A program made the position numbers and the translations under genes. A DNA stretch of 62,155 nucleotides, filler included. It is 5 parts of 5 records of this genome, joined end to end, with 100 filler letters (N's around TTAATTAATTAA, not from the genome) between each part and the next. Parts side by side here need not be neighbours in the genome. Positions count along the whole stretch, not along the records: positions 30,402 to 41,736 come from DRR723986_17769; positions 41,837 to 49,425 come from DRR723986_17771; 3 more parts are not named here. One strand, written 5' to 3'. Below are positions 37,921-47,237 of this stretch, piece by piece. Within the stretch, counting starts at the first letter, position 1, and each line of letters begins with the position of its first letter. A model generated the notes under the pieces. That model was not told the DNA's origin and made no database searches. It saw only the letters and a program-made list of their open reading frames with translations.

Positions 37921-40227
37921 TTGTTGCCGCGTCGGCGCCTGCTGCGTTACACGTTTGCAGTCTTTGTAGTGCTGGCCGTGTGCGGCCTGATTCTCGACCA
38001 ATTATTTCCGCCGCCCCTGCAGCCCAAATACTCAAAGCTCGTCTGTGATCGCGAAGGTAATGTCATGCACGCCTTCCTCAGTCAAGATGACAAATGGCGC
38101 ATGTACGCGCGCCTGGATGAAGTTTCGCCCGAGTTACGCCAGGCAATTTTGTTTAAAGAAGACAAATACTTCTACGCCCATCCCGGTTTTAACCCGGTTG
38201 CAATAGGCCGCGCGCTGTTTAACAACATTGTCCACGGACGCAAAACCTCGGGTGCCTCAACCATCACCATGCAGCTGGCGCGTTTGCTCGAACCCAAACC
38301 GCGCACCTACCTCAACAAAATGCTCGAAGTGCTGCGCGCCATGCAGCTGGAATGGCATTTTAGTAAAGATGAAATCTTTGAACTCTACCTTAACCTCTTG
38401 CCCTATGGCGGCAACATCGAAGGTGTCCGCAGTGCCGCGCTGCTCTATTACGGCCGCGAGCCGGACCACCTCAGTCTGGCGCAGTCGGTCAGCCTGACCG
38501 TGATTCCAAACCGTCCCACCAGCCTGCGCGTCGGCCGGGCCAACGCCCTCATCCGCGAAGTGCGTGACCAGTGGCTGCGCCGCTTGCTGGAATCCCCTGA
38601 GTTTGACAGCCTGAAAGTTGCACAGGCGCTGCAGGAACCGCTCGAAATGCAGCGGCGTGCCGCGCCCCAAAAACTGCCGCACCTGGCCGCGCGCCTCGCC
38701 AAAAAAAATCCTCAAGCCGTGATAGTCTCTTCCATCGATGCATTTAAACAAAAACTGGTGCAGACAATTGTATATAAATACCTGCAGCGCCAGAAAGTCC
38801 ATGGTGTGTTTAACGCCGCAGCGATGGTCATCGATAATAAGTCGCGCCAGGTGCTGGCCTACCTGGGATCTGCTGATTTTCACGACGCAGCCCATGCCGG
38901 ACAGGTCGATGGCATCCGTGCTTTGCGCTCACCGGGCTCAACACTTAAACCGCTGGTCTACGGACTGGCATTTGATCGTGGACTGTTAACTCCTTCCACC
39001 GTCCTCAACGATGTGCCGATTAATTACGGCGGATACGCGCCGGTTAACTTCAACCGCAAGTTCAATGGTCCCGTCACCGTGCGTGAAGCGCTCTCACATT
39101 CGCTGAACATTCCAGTGGTGCGCGTCCTTGAAGAAATGGGGCTGGAGCACCTGCTGGACGCACTCACAGATGCTGAATTCAGGCATATGACGCGCGCGCG
39201 CCAGAGCCTGGGGCTCTCCACCGTGCTGGGCGGCTGCGGCGTGAGCATGCAGGAAATGGGCGGGCTCTTCTGCGCACTCGCAAATTCCGGGGCCTACTCT
39301 TCGCTCAGCTTTGAACTGGCCGACTCCGTGGCTGCCGGTGCCGGTACGCAGCTGATTTCACCTTCGGCAGCATACATGTTAACCGACATCCTTACAGAAA
39401 TTGAGCGGCCCGACTTGCCGCGCAGCGTCGATAACAGCATTCACGTGCCCAAAGTTGCGTGGAAAACGGGAACATCGTATGGACGGCGTGACGCTTGGAG
39501 CATCGGCTTTAATCGCAAATTCACTATAGTCGTCTGGCTTGGAAACTTTAGTGGGGAAGGCGCGCCGCGCCTGACTGGCGCGGATGTAGCCACGCCGCTC
39601 CTCTTTGATCTGTTTAACCGCCTGGACTATAACTCAGCCAATGAATGGTTTGGCCCACCCCCCGAGCTCGACTATCGGATCGTCTGTACCGCCGGCGGCC
39701 GCCCGGCCAACAGCTTCTGCACAGACCTGGACCTCGATTACTTTTTGCCGGGAATCAGCGATAACCGCATGTGTGAACATCTGCGCACCGTCAAGATAGC
39801 GGCCGACGAATCCTGTTCTTACTGTCCAAGCTGCCTGCCGCCCAATGGTTATAAGGAAAAGCAGTATCCGCGCCTCGAAGCATCGCTGGCGATGTTCTAC
39901 GAAGATGAAATGATCAACTACGATCGTGCGCCGCCACACAACCGCGAATGCACACGTGTGTTCAGCCAGGGCGCGCCACGCATTGTTGCGCCCGCCAACG
40001 GCAGCGAATATCTGATCGACCGCGCCGCCGGCACCCAGCTGCAACTCAACTGTCTCGCCGGGCTCGACGTCGAATCCGTTTACTGGTTTCTGAACGACTC
40101 ACTCGTCGGCAAACACCCGCCTGCCTCTGGTGTTTTTGTTACTCCCAGAGCCGGCGTCAACAAAATTTCCTGCAGCGACGACCGCGGCCGCAACAGCGAC
40201 ATCAGCGTAACAGTCAAATTTTATTAA
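37921..40227 (+). CDS. pbpC: Penicillin-binding protein 1C
   Basis: Transglycosylase motifs EDKYFY and GASTITMQLAR; transpeptidase motifs GSTLK, SLN, WKTGTS; C-terminal BiPBP_C-like domain. Start uncertain. Confidence 0.95.
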   Translation: MLPRRRLLRYTFAVFVVLAVCGLILDQLFPPPLQPKYSKLVCDREGNVMHAFLSQDDKWRMYARLDEVSPELRQAILFKEDKYFYAHPGFNPVAIGRALFNNIVHGRKTSGASTITMQLARLLEPKPRTYLNKMLEVLRAMQLEWHFSKDEIFELYLNLLPYGGNIEGVRSAALLYYGREPDHLSLAQSVSLTVIPNRPTSLRVGRANALIREVRDQWLRRLLESPEFDSLKVAQALQEPLEMQRRAAPQKLPHLAARLAKKNPQAVIVSSIDAFKQKLVQTIVYKYLQRQKVHGVFNAAAMVIDNKSRQVLAYLGSADFHDAAHAGQVDGIRALRSPGSTLKPLVYGLAFDRGLLTPSTVLNDVPINYGGYAPVNFNRKFNGPVTVREALSHSLNIPVVRVLEEMGLEHLLDALTDAEFRHMTRARQSLGLSTVLGGCGVSMQEMGGLFCALANSGAYSSLSFELADSVAAGAGTQLISPSAAYMLTDILTEIERPDLPRSVDNSIHVPKVAWKTGTSYGRRDAWSIGFNRKFTIVVWLGNFSGEGAPRLTGADVATPLLFDLFNRLDYNSANEWFGPPPELDYRIVCTAGGRPANSFCTDLDLDYFLPGISDNRMCEHLRTVKIAADESCSYCPSCLPPNGYKEKQYPRLEASLAMFYEDEMINYDRAPPHNRECTRVFSQGAPRIVAPANGSEYLIDRAAGTQLQLNCLAGLDVESVYWFLNDSLVGKHPPASGVFVTPRAGVNKISCSDDRGRNSDISVTVKFY

Positions 40228-40421
40228 GTTTACAGGTGAAACCAAATTCACACCTGGTGAGTCTCTGATGCATGCCCCAGCCAGACTAACGCCCAGTCTG
40301 GCGCGAAAATACCCTTAAAATCGCAGCGCATGCTGCACCAGATGATGAAGTCTCTCACAATGATTTTAATCAGCTGCCAGTCGTTCCGCTAAAGACTACA
40401 TGCAGCTATAGGAGCACAAAA

Positions 40422-40958
40422 ATGCTGAAACACAGTGTTCAAGCATTATGCCTTTTACTCTTGTTCTTGTGCGTCGCAGCTTGCTCAGATGATGACACTG
40501 ACACCCCAACAGGTGGTGACAACCAACCGGAATTGGAAGGGGCAAACGCTTTTGTTCTCTGGGGTGAGGGTATCGAGGCACGCGCCATTGGAGCCAATAC
40601 TGAAAGTGGAGAAACGCTGCCGCGTCCGCTGGGGCAGTCCACAAGATTTGAAACCACCATCGAGTTGATTGAGAGCCTGGACGGCGCTGTTGATACAAAA
40701 CTTACGCTGGTGTCGAGCAGCATCGATCAGCCCATACTTGCCCAGGAATACGCCTGGAGTCTTGGCAGCTCGAATGGAATGCACTATGCAATTTTAACAT
40801 ACGAGGGCGTAGAGTATCTGAATTCCAGTGGTTCGACGACCTTCACGAGTGTGGCTGAGCGGCTGCAGGGCGAGTTCTCCGGTAGACTTGTCAATTCCGA
40901 TCTAACACAAACCATCGAAATCTCGGGAAGATTTGACGTTTCACATGCGACGCCCTAA
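40422..40958 (+). CDS. Hypothetical lipoprotein, paralog 1
   Basis: AGGAG RBS, lipobox VAAC-SDDD, beta-rich body ending RLQGEFSG..IEISGRFDV. Confidence 0.85.
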   Translation: MLKHSVQALCLLLLFLCVAACSDDDTDTPTGGDNQPELEGANAFVLWGEGIEARAIGANTESGETLPRPLGQSTRFETTIELIESLDGAVDTKLTLVSSSIDQPILAQEYAWSLGSSNGMHYAILTYEGVEYLNSSGSTTFTSVAERLQGEFSGRLVNSDLTQTIEISGRFDVSHATP

Positions 40959-41020
40959 TGTAACGAAAGTTCAAGCAGTGATGTCTGGTCACATGCATCT
41001 GAAAAATTTAACCAAACATG

Positions 41021-41086
41021 AACCGCCCAAAATACAGTTTAAATCCAATGATTAACTCGCAGGATTACTATGCAAACGAATATTAG
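41021..41086 (+). repeat. 66-bp direct repeat, copy 1 (leader, RBS and first codons)
   Basis: Matches 41671-41736 at 63 of 66 positions. Confidence 0.95.
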
Positions 41087-41615
41087 CCATTGTTTTATCA
41101 ACGGGCTGTTGTTTTTGGGATTGGTTATTTGTGGCGCCTGCTCCGATGATTCGACCTCAACTCAGCCGGCCGAAGAAACAAACCGCTACACGGGAAGCAA
41201 TGGATTTGTTGTCGAGGGTGATGCTCATGTGGAGTCTTTGTCGTTTGATGCCACATCTGTTTCCGGAATTTCACGCAGCGTTTACGCGCCTGCAGACAGG
41301 GTTTATGGCACGTACGTTGAATTGCAGGGCCGCATTAACGGCAAGGAATTTACCTTAAACCTCGGTACCACCTCGATAGGTGAATACATCACACCTGGCG
41401 AATACGGCTGGGTCCTGTCCCCGCTTTCAGAAGAGCAATCAATACATATGTCGTATGATGGCTTGAACTACTATCACACTGAGGGCACAACGACGTACAC
41501 ACAAACGGACGATCGTTTGCAGGGGCATTTTAGCGGAACAGTATTTCGAGACGGTCTATCAAATGAGATCAACATTTCGGGCAAGTTTGATGTAGAACAT
41601 CAGATTTTTCCGTGA
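41070..41615 (+). CDS. Hypothetical lipoprotein, paralog 2
   Basis: AGGA RBS, lipobox CGAC-SDDS, body ending RLQGHFSG..INISGKFDV. Confidence 0.85.
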   Translation: MQTNISHCFINGLLFLGLVICGACSDDSTSTQPAEETNRYTGSNGFVVEGDAHVESLSFDATSVSGISRSVYAPADRVYGTYVELQGRINGKEFTLNLGTTSIGEYITPGEYGWVLSPLSEEQSIHMSYDGLNYYHTEGTTTYTQTDDRLQGHFSGTVFRDGLSNEINISGKFDVEHQIFP

Positions 41616-41670
41616 CGAGACATGTTTTCCTGATCGTACAAATTTGTTAACATTCTACAAGCCACTCATA

Positions 41671-41736
41671 AACCGCCCAAAACACAGTTTAAATCCAATG
41701 ATTAACTCGAAGGATTACTATGCAAACGAATACTAG
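41671..41736 (+). repeat. 66-bp direct repeat, copy 2, containing the start of a probable third paralog (ATG 41720, MQTNT, truncated)
   Basis: Same leader, RBS and ATGCAAACGAATA as paralog 2; the contig ends inside it. Confidence 0.9.
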
Positions 41737-41836
41737 NNNNNNNNNNNNNNNNNNNNNNNNNNNNNNNNNNNNNNNNNNNNTTAATTAATTAANNNNNNNN
41801 NNNNNNNNNNNNNNNNNNNNNNNNNNNNNNNNNNNN
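41737..41836. other. Artificial contig spacer
   Basis: N44-TTAATTAATTAA-N44. Confidence 0.99.
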
Positions 41837-41837
41837 C

Positions 41838-42848
41838 TATCCGATCCAGATCGCCTGCTGGAAGTCGGCCCCGGCCCTGGCCTGCGGCAACGCCATGATC
41901 TTCAAGCCATCCGAAGAAACGCCCATGGGCGCGGTGAAGCTGGCGGAAATCTTTATCGAAGCCGGAGTGCCGGCGGGCGTGTTCAACGTGGTGCAGGGCG
42001 CTGCCGAAGTGGGCCAGTGGCTGACCCATCACCCGGAGATTGCCAAGGTGTCGTTCACCGGCGAGGTGGGCACCGGCAAGAAGGTGATGGCCGCCGCCGC
42101 GTCGTCGCTGAAAGACGTGACCATGGAACTGGGTGGCAAGTCGCCGCTGATCATTTTCGACGACGCCGACCTGGAGAACGCCATCTCCGCCGCCATGGTG
42201 GGTAACTTCTACACCCAGGGCGAGATCTGCACCAACGGTACCCGGGTGTTTGTGCACGAGGACCTCTACCCGCGCTTTATCGAGCGCCTGCTGGAGCGCA
42301 CCCGCAAGAACATCAAGGCCGGTGACCCGATGAACCCGGACACCAACTTCGGCGCGCTGATCTCCAAAAAGCATCAGGAACTGGTGTTGGGTTACATCAG
42401 CAAAGGGCTGGCCGAAGGCGCCACGCTCAGCCACGGCGGTCGGGCCTTTGAGCCGGAGGATTCTCTGGGCGGCTATTTCGTAGAACCGACCATTTTCACC
42501 GACTGCACCGACGACATGACCATCGTGAAGGAAGAGATTTTCGGGCCGGTGATGTCTGTGCTCACCTTCCGCGATGAAGACGACGTGATTGCCCGGGCCA
42601 ACAATACCGAAACCGGACTTGCGGCGGGCGTGTTCACCAATGATATCCGCCGGGCACACCGGGTGATTCACCGGATCCAGGCCGGCATCTGCTGGATCAA
42701 CAGCTACGGTGCCTCCCCGGCGGAAATGCCGGTGGGTGGCTACAAACTCTCCGGTATCGGCCGTGAGAACGGGCGCGAGACCATTGCGCACTACACCCGG
42801 ATCAAGTCGGTATATGTGGGCATGGAAGACATCGACGCCCCGTTTTAA
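41838..42848 (+). CDS. betB: Betaine aldehyde dehydrogenase (5' truncated)
   Basis: [46 protein letters not shown]; adjacent to betA. Confidence 0.95.
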   Translation, partial: YPIQIACWKSAPALACGNAMIFKPSEETPMGAVKLAEIFIEAGVPAGVFNVVQGAAEVGQWLTHHPEIAKVSFTGEVGTGKKVMAAAASSLKDVTMELGGKSPLIIFDDADLENAISAAMVGNFYTQGEICTNGTRVFVHEDLYPRFIERLLERTRKNIKAGDPMNPDTNFGALISKKHQELVLGYISKGLAEGATLSHGGRAFEPEDSLGGYFVEPTIFTDCTDDMTIVKEEIFGPVMSVLTFRDEDDVIARANNTETGLAAGVFTNDIRRAHRVIHRIQAGICWINSYGASPAEMPVGGYKLSGIGRENGRETIAHYTRIKSVYVGMEDIDAPF

Positions 42849-42875
42849 CTCCGCAGGCCACAGAGGAGAACGCGT

Positions 42876-44561
42876 ATGAAAGAAAACCAATACGACTACA
42901 TCATTGTGGGTGCGGGCTCAGCCGGTTGTGTGCTGGCTAACCGTCTGACCGAGGACAGTGAAAACCGGGTGCTGCTGCTGGAAACCGGTGGCAGTGACAA
43001 GAGCATCTTCATCCAGATGCCCACCGCGCTATCCATTCCCATGAACACCAAAAAGTACGCCTGGCAGTTCGAGACCGAGCCGGAGCCGTACCTGGACAAT
43101 CGCCGTATGCATTGCCCCCGGGGCAAGGTGCTGGGTGGTTCGTCATCCATCAATGGCATGGTGTATGTCCGTGGCCATGCCCGGGATTTCGACGAGTGGC
43201 AGTCTGAAGGTGCCGACGGCTGGAGCTACCGTAACGTGCTGCCCTATTTCAAGAAGGCAGAAACCTGGGCCTTCGGCGGCGATGCCTACCGGGGGAGTTC
43301 CGGCCCCCTGGGTGTGAACAACGGCAACAACATGCGCAACCCGCTGTATACGGCGTTCATCCGGGCCGGCGTCGATGCCGGTTATCTGGAGACCGGTGAT
43401 TACAACGGTGCCCGCCAGGAAGGTTTTGGTGCCATGCACATGACCGTGAAGAACGGTCGCCGCTGGTCCACCGCCAACGCCTACCTGCGCCCGGCCATGG
43501 CGAGGCCGAATCTGACGGTGGTCACCCATGCCTTGGTGCATAAGGTACTTCTGGAAGGGAAAACCGCCACCGGCGTGCGTTATGAGCAGGGTGGTCAGGT
43601 GCATGAGGCCAAAGCCGCCAAGGAAGTGATTCTGTCGGCCGGTTCTATTGGCTCGCCACATTTGTTGCAGCTGTCAGGTATTGGCAAGCGCGAAGTGCTG
43701 GAGCAGGCTGGTATTGAGGTGAAGCATGAGCTGCCGGGCGTGGGTGAGAACCTTCAGGATCACCTGGAGTTCTACTTCCAGTTCCGCTGCCAGAAGCCGG
43801 TCTCCCTGAATGGCAAACTGGACTGGTGGAACAAGCTCAAGATCGGGGTGCGCTGGATTCTGCGCAAGGATGGCCTGGGGGCCACCAACCATTTTGAGTC
43901 CTGTGGTTTTATCCGCTCCAAGGCCGGCGTTGAGTGGCCGGACCTGCAATACCATTTCCTGCCGGCGGCCATGCGCTACGACGGCCGCGAAGCCTTTGAT
44001 GGCGACGGTTTCCAGCTCCACATCGGTCACAACAAGCCGAAGAGCCGGGGTTTTGTGCATGTGCAGTCTGCCGACCCCAAACAGGCCCCGCGCATCCGTT
44101 TCAACTACCTGGAACACGAGGCCGACCGCGAAGGCTTCCGCGACTGCGTGCGCCTGACCCGGGAGATCATCAACCAGCCGGCCATGGACGAGTACCGCGG
44201 TGCAGAAATCCAGCCCGGTGTGGATGTGCAGAGCGATGAGCAGATCGATGCCTTCGTGCGCCAGGCGGTGGAGAGCGCTTATCACCCGTCCTGTTCCTGC
44301 AAGATGGGCACTGATGCGCTGGCGGTGGTAGACCCGAAAACCCGCGTGCGCGGTATCCAGAATCTGCGGGTGGTGGATTCGTCCATCTTCCCGACCATAC
44401 CCAATGGCAACCTGAACGCGCCCACCATCATGGTGGCCGAGCGGGCAGCCGACCTTATCCGGGGCAGGGAGCCCCTGCAACCTTCGGACGCGCCGGTCTT
44501 CATGGATGACCAATGGCAGGCGCGCCAACGTCCGGGACAAGCGAAACGGTCGCTGGCCTAG
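42876..44561 (+). CDS. betA: Choline dehydrogenase
   Basis: [46 protein letters not shown]. Confidence 0.97.
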   Translation: MKENQYDYIIVGAGSAGCVLANRLTEDSENRVLLLETGGSDKSIFIQMPTALSIPMNTKKYAWQFETEPEPYLDNRRMHCPRGKVLGGSSSINGMVYVRGHARDFDEWQSEGADGWSYRNVLPYFKKAETWAFGGDAYRGSSGPLGVNNGNNMRNPLYTAFIRAGVDAGYLETGDYNGARQEGFGAMHMTVKNGRRWSTANAYLRPAMARPNLTVVTHALVHKVLLEGKTATGVRYEQGGQVHEAKAAKEVILSAGSIGSPHLLQLSGIGKREVLEQAGIEVKHELPGVGENLQDHLEFYFQFRCQKPVSLNGKLDWWNKLKIGVRWILRKDGLGATNHFESCGFIRSKAGVEWPDLQYHFLPAAMRYDGREAFDGDGFQLHIGHNKPKSRGFVHVQSADPKQAPRIRFNYLEHEADREGFRDCVRLTREIINQPAMDEYRGAEIQPGVDVQSDEQIDAFVRQAVESAYHPSCSCKMGTDALAVVDPKTRVRGIQNLRVVDSSIFPTIPNGNLNAPTIMVAERAADLIRGREPLQPSDAPVFMDDQWQARQRPGQAKRSLA

Positions 44562-44706
44562 CGACCGCAGTCCCGGCCCGGGTACGCAAGGTGCCCGGGT
44601 AGCAAGCCCTCAGGATTTCCCTATCAGCGCGACGGCATCCCGCCGTTTTCGGGCGACTGATAGGCAAGTCCTGGGTTTGTGTCCGATTCGAAAGAAGCAA
44701 CGCAAA

Positions 44707-44972
44707 AGGAGCCTCTGATTAACTCCAAATCGTCTCTGGCCTTCAGAGCGGTTCACAATCAAGACGCGACTTTGCAGGAAGGCTGGTTGCCTTTCAAAAA
44801 GTCGCAACGCGGAGTGTGGATCGCTCTGCAGGCCCCGTAGGGCGAGCCCTGAGAGCTTCATCTGCTGTGTTGCAGCTCTTGCCAAGGGCTACGGCCATTG
44901 GCTGCGAACTGCGCCTTACATCTGAAGCTCTCAGGGCTCGCAGAGTCGATCTGGAGTTGATCAGAGGCTCCT
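44707..44972. mobile_element. MITE-like non-coding element (266 bp) with 32-bp terminal inverted repeats
   Basis: 44707-44738 matches the reverse complement of 44941-44972 at 29/32; two long internal hairpins; no ORF; no clear TSD. Confidence 0.75.
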
Positions 44973-44993
44973 AAAAGTAGAGGAGGAACACCC

Positions 44994-45041
44994 ATGCTGT
45001 GCACTACAATGACAAGGAACAACCGGAGGGAGATCGCATGA
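44994..45041 (+). CDS. Putative 15-aa upstream ORF (MLCTTMTRNNRREIA)
   Basis: AGGAGG at 44981-44986, 7 nt before the ATG; its TGA overlaps the BCCT start as ATGA. Confidence 0.35.
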   Translation: MLCTTMTRNNRREIA

Positions 45042-46255
45042 CACTCTGGTTATCCACAGGCCTGATCTTTACCTTCGCCGCCATCGCCCTGATTCTGTAT
45101 CGGTGGTGGGACATGCAGTGCATCGGCGTTACGCCGGTTCGCACGCTGACCTTCATTGCCATCCTGTTCACCTCCGGTCTGGATGTGGGGCTGATCATGT
45201 TCCCGCTCACCGAGTTCGGTGGTTACGGCAATGTCTCCGAAAACCCGGAATACGCCTTTGCCAACCCGCTGGCCATTGAGTTCGGGTTCTGGGCCTTTCT
45301 GATCTGGGGCTTCTATTTCCTGACCTGCTTCTACTTTGCCATCATTGAGCCGCGGGTGAAGTTCTTCGAGATTCCGATGGTGAAGCTGGTCAACAACGTG
45401 GTGATTATCGGCACCTGCGCGTTCACCGCTTACCTGCTGTTGGTGAATCTGCCCTGGTATCTGCCGCAACTGGGCGATGGTGAATCGGTGGTGCCGGCGT
45501 TCTACCTCATCGTGTTCCTGTCCATTGCGCTGGCGGTGTATTCCAGCTCCAAGGTCAAATACATCCGCATTCTGAGTGTTGGTTCCAGTGTGCTGTTCAT
45601 TACCCTGATTGCGGGTATGTGGTTCCGGGCATTTGTTCTGGGTAAAGGCTCGCCGGCAGATTTCTTTGGCACCGCCGGCATGCTCGGTGAGTACTTTGCC
45701 AACATCCATCACTTTGCCCTGCCCATCAACGACTACCACGAGTTTTATCTGTACTGGTGGTTTGCCTGGAGCATCATGATTGGTCAGTTCACCGCGCGTT
45801 TCGTGAGTGGTATCAAAACCTGGCAGCTGCTGATTGCCATGCTGGTTGTGCCGTCCGTTGCCATTGGCGTGTGGTTCAGCGTGCTCTATTACTATCACGC
45901 GGAGGGGCTGAAGATTGCCGCCTTCACCAACATCGCCATGATCTCGGTGGGCGTGTTGATGGTCATTAACTCCCTGGATTCCCTGATCCGGCTCTACACC
46001 GATAACCTGAACCTGACGGCGCAACGCCTGGGGCGGGTGAATTATGTGCTCTTCAACCTGGTGGCCATGGTCGGGCTGACCATGTTGTTCAAGCTGGATT
46101 TCCTGCGGATTCAGTGGGTGGGTGCGCTGGTGATTGCACTCTACTTTGGTTGCTTTGGTTATATACTGCTCAGGAAACGTTCAGAGGTGGCTGCCATCCA
46201 AACGTCACCAAAAGAAAATATTCTGGACTTCCGCAAGATTGAACTTGCAGGTTAA
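45038..46255 (+). CDS. BCCT-family (choline/betaine) transporter, compact type
   Basis: About 12 TM helices, LFTSGLDVGLIMFP, FYLYWWFAWS, SLDS; bet gene context. Confidence 0.88.
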   Translation: MTLWLSTGLIFTFAAIALILYRWWDMQCIGVTPVRTLTFIAILFTSGLDVGLIMFPLTEFGGYGNVSENPEYAFANPLAIEFGFWAFLIWGFYFLTCFYFAIIEPRVKFFEIPMVKLVNNVVIIGTCAFTAYLLLVNLPWYLPQLGDGESVVPAFYLIVFLSIALAVYSSSKVKYIRILSVGSSVLFITLIAGMWFRAFVLGKGSPADFFGTAGMLGEYFANIHHFALPINDYHEFYLYWWFAWSIMIGQFTARFVSGIKTWQLLIAMLVVPSVAIGVWFSVLYYYHAEGLKIAAFTNIAMISVGVLMVINSLDSLIRLYTDNLNLTAQRLGRVNYVLFNLVAMVGLTMLFKLDFLRIQWVGALVIALYFGCFGYILLRKRSEVAAIQTSPKENILDFRKIELAG

Positions 46256-46273
46256 GGCCCCATATCAATGGCA

Positions 46274-46306
46274 GGTGGCTGAAGGCCCGGAAGGCTTTTG
46301 GCCGCC
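46274..46306 (+). terminator. Hairpin after the BCCT gene
   Basis: GGTGGCTGAAGGCC-CGGAA-GGCTTTTGGCCGCC, 14 pairs including G-U; weak U-tract. Confidence 0.45.
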
Positions 46307-46333
46307 ATGTTTAGCCGAAGTTGATGGCTGTAT

Positions 46334-46370
46334 ATAGGCTATGCCTATGCTGAGATTGGAAATAATCAAT
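46334..46370 (+). promoter_or_regulatory. OxyR binding site upstream of ahpC
   Basis: ATAG-N7-CTAT-N7-TTGG-N7-CAAT against the consensus ATAG-N7-CTAT-N7-ATAG-N7-CTAT. Confidence 0.8.
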
Positions 46371-46451
46371 TTTCACTCAGATGGTCAAACCCGTATCTTG
46401 TGCATCGTTTCCAAACCATCAGTTAAATGAACCGACAGGAGTTATTCTGAG

Positions 46452-47015
46452 ATGGGTATCGTTAACAGCGAAATCAAACCGTTCAACGCCACCGCATTCA
46501 AGCAGGGCGAGTTCGTAGAAATTTCTGAAGCCGACGTTAAAGGCAAGTGGGCCATCTTCTTCTTCTACCCGGCCGACTTCACCTTCGTGTGCCCGACCGA
46601 GCTGGGCGACGTGGCTGACAAGTACGAAGAGCTGCAGAAGCTGGGCGTAGAAGTGTTCTCTGTATCTACTGATACTCACTTCACCCACAAAGCATGGCAC
46701 GACACTTCCGAGACCATCGGCAAGATCAACTACTACATGGTTGGCGACCAGACTGGCACCATCACCAACAACTTCGGTGTTATGCGTGAAGGCCAGGGCC
46801 TGGCAGACCGCGCTACCTTCCTGATCGATCCGGACGGTATCATCCAGGCTGTTGAAATCACTGCCGAAGGCATCGGCCGTGACGCCGACGACCTGCTGCG
46901 CAAGGTCAAAGCTGCCCAGTACGTTCGCAACCATCCTGGCGAAGTTTGCCCGGCCAAGTGGAAAGAAGGCGAAGAAACTCTGGCTCCGTCTCTGGACCTG
47001 GTTGGCAAGATCTAA
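46452..47015 (+). CDS. ahpC: Alkyl hydroperoxide reductase subunit C
   Basis: [13 protein letters not shown] and GEVCPAKW; 187 aa. Confidence 0.98.
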   Translation: MGIVNSEIKPFNATAFKQGEFVEISEADVKGKWAIFFFYPADFTFVCPTELGDVADKYEELQKLGVEVFSVSTDTHFTHKAWHDTSETIGKINYYMVGDQTGTITNNFGVMREGQGLADRATFLIDPDGIIQAVEITAEGIGRDADDLLRKVKAAQYVRNHPGEVCPAKWKEGEETLAPSLDLVGKI

Positions 47016-47042
47016 GTTTCCCCGATTCGGTGAAACTTACAG

Positions 47043-47068
47043 AAAGGCCCGCTCTGCGGGCCTTTTTT
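47043..47068 (+). terminator. Intrinsic terminator after ahpC
   Basis: AAAGGCCCGC-TCT-GCGGGCC-TTTTTT. Confidence 0.9.
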
Positions 47069-47097
47069 GTATCTATCAATCGTTCCAACTGAATTTT

Positions 47098-47134
47098 ATA
47101 GGTATGGCCTATCATAAGGTTTGGGTCAATCAAT
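47098..47134 (+). promoter_or_regulatory. OxyR binding site upstream of ahpF
   Basis: ATAG-N7-CTAT-N7-TTTG-N7-CAAT. Confidence 0.8.
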
Positions 47135-47237
47135 TTGAGCAACGAACCGTCTGGCCGTATCTTAATCACAACTTCAGATAACGATTCATTATTGAATTCA
47201 GAAACTTAGTTTCACGACATAAAGGGGAATACCAAAC

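Noticed and set aside
40950..41736. Integron cassette array
   Set aside because: No RYYYAAC...GTTRRRY attC pairs or palindromic sites; the repeat is a direct leader repeat overlapping the start codon; no integrase seen
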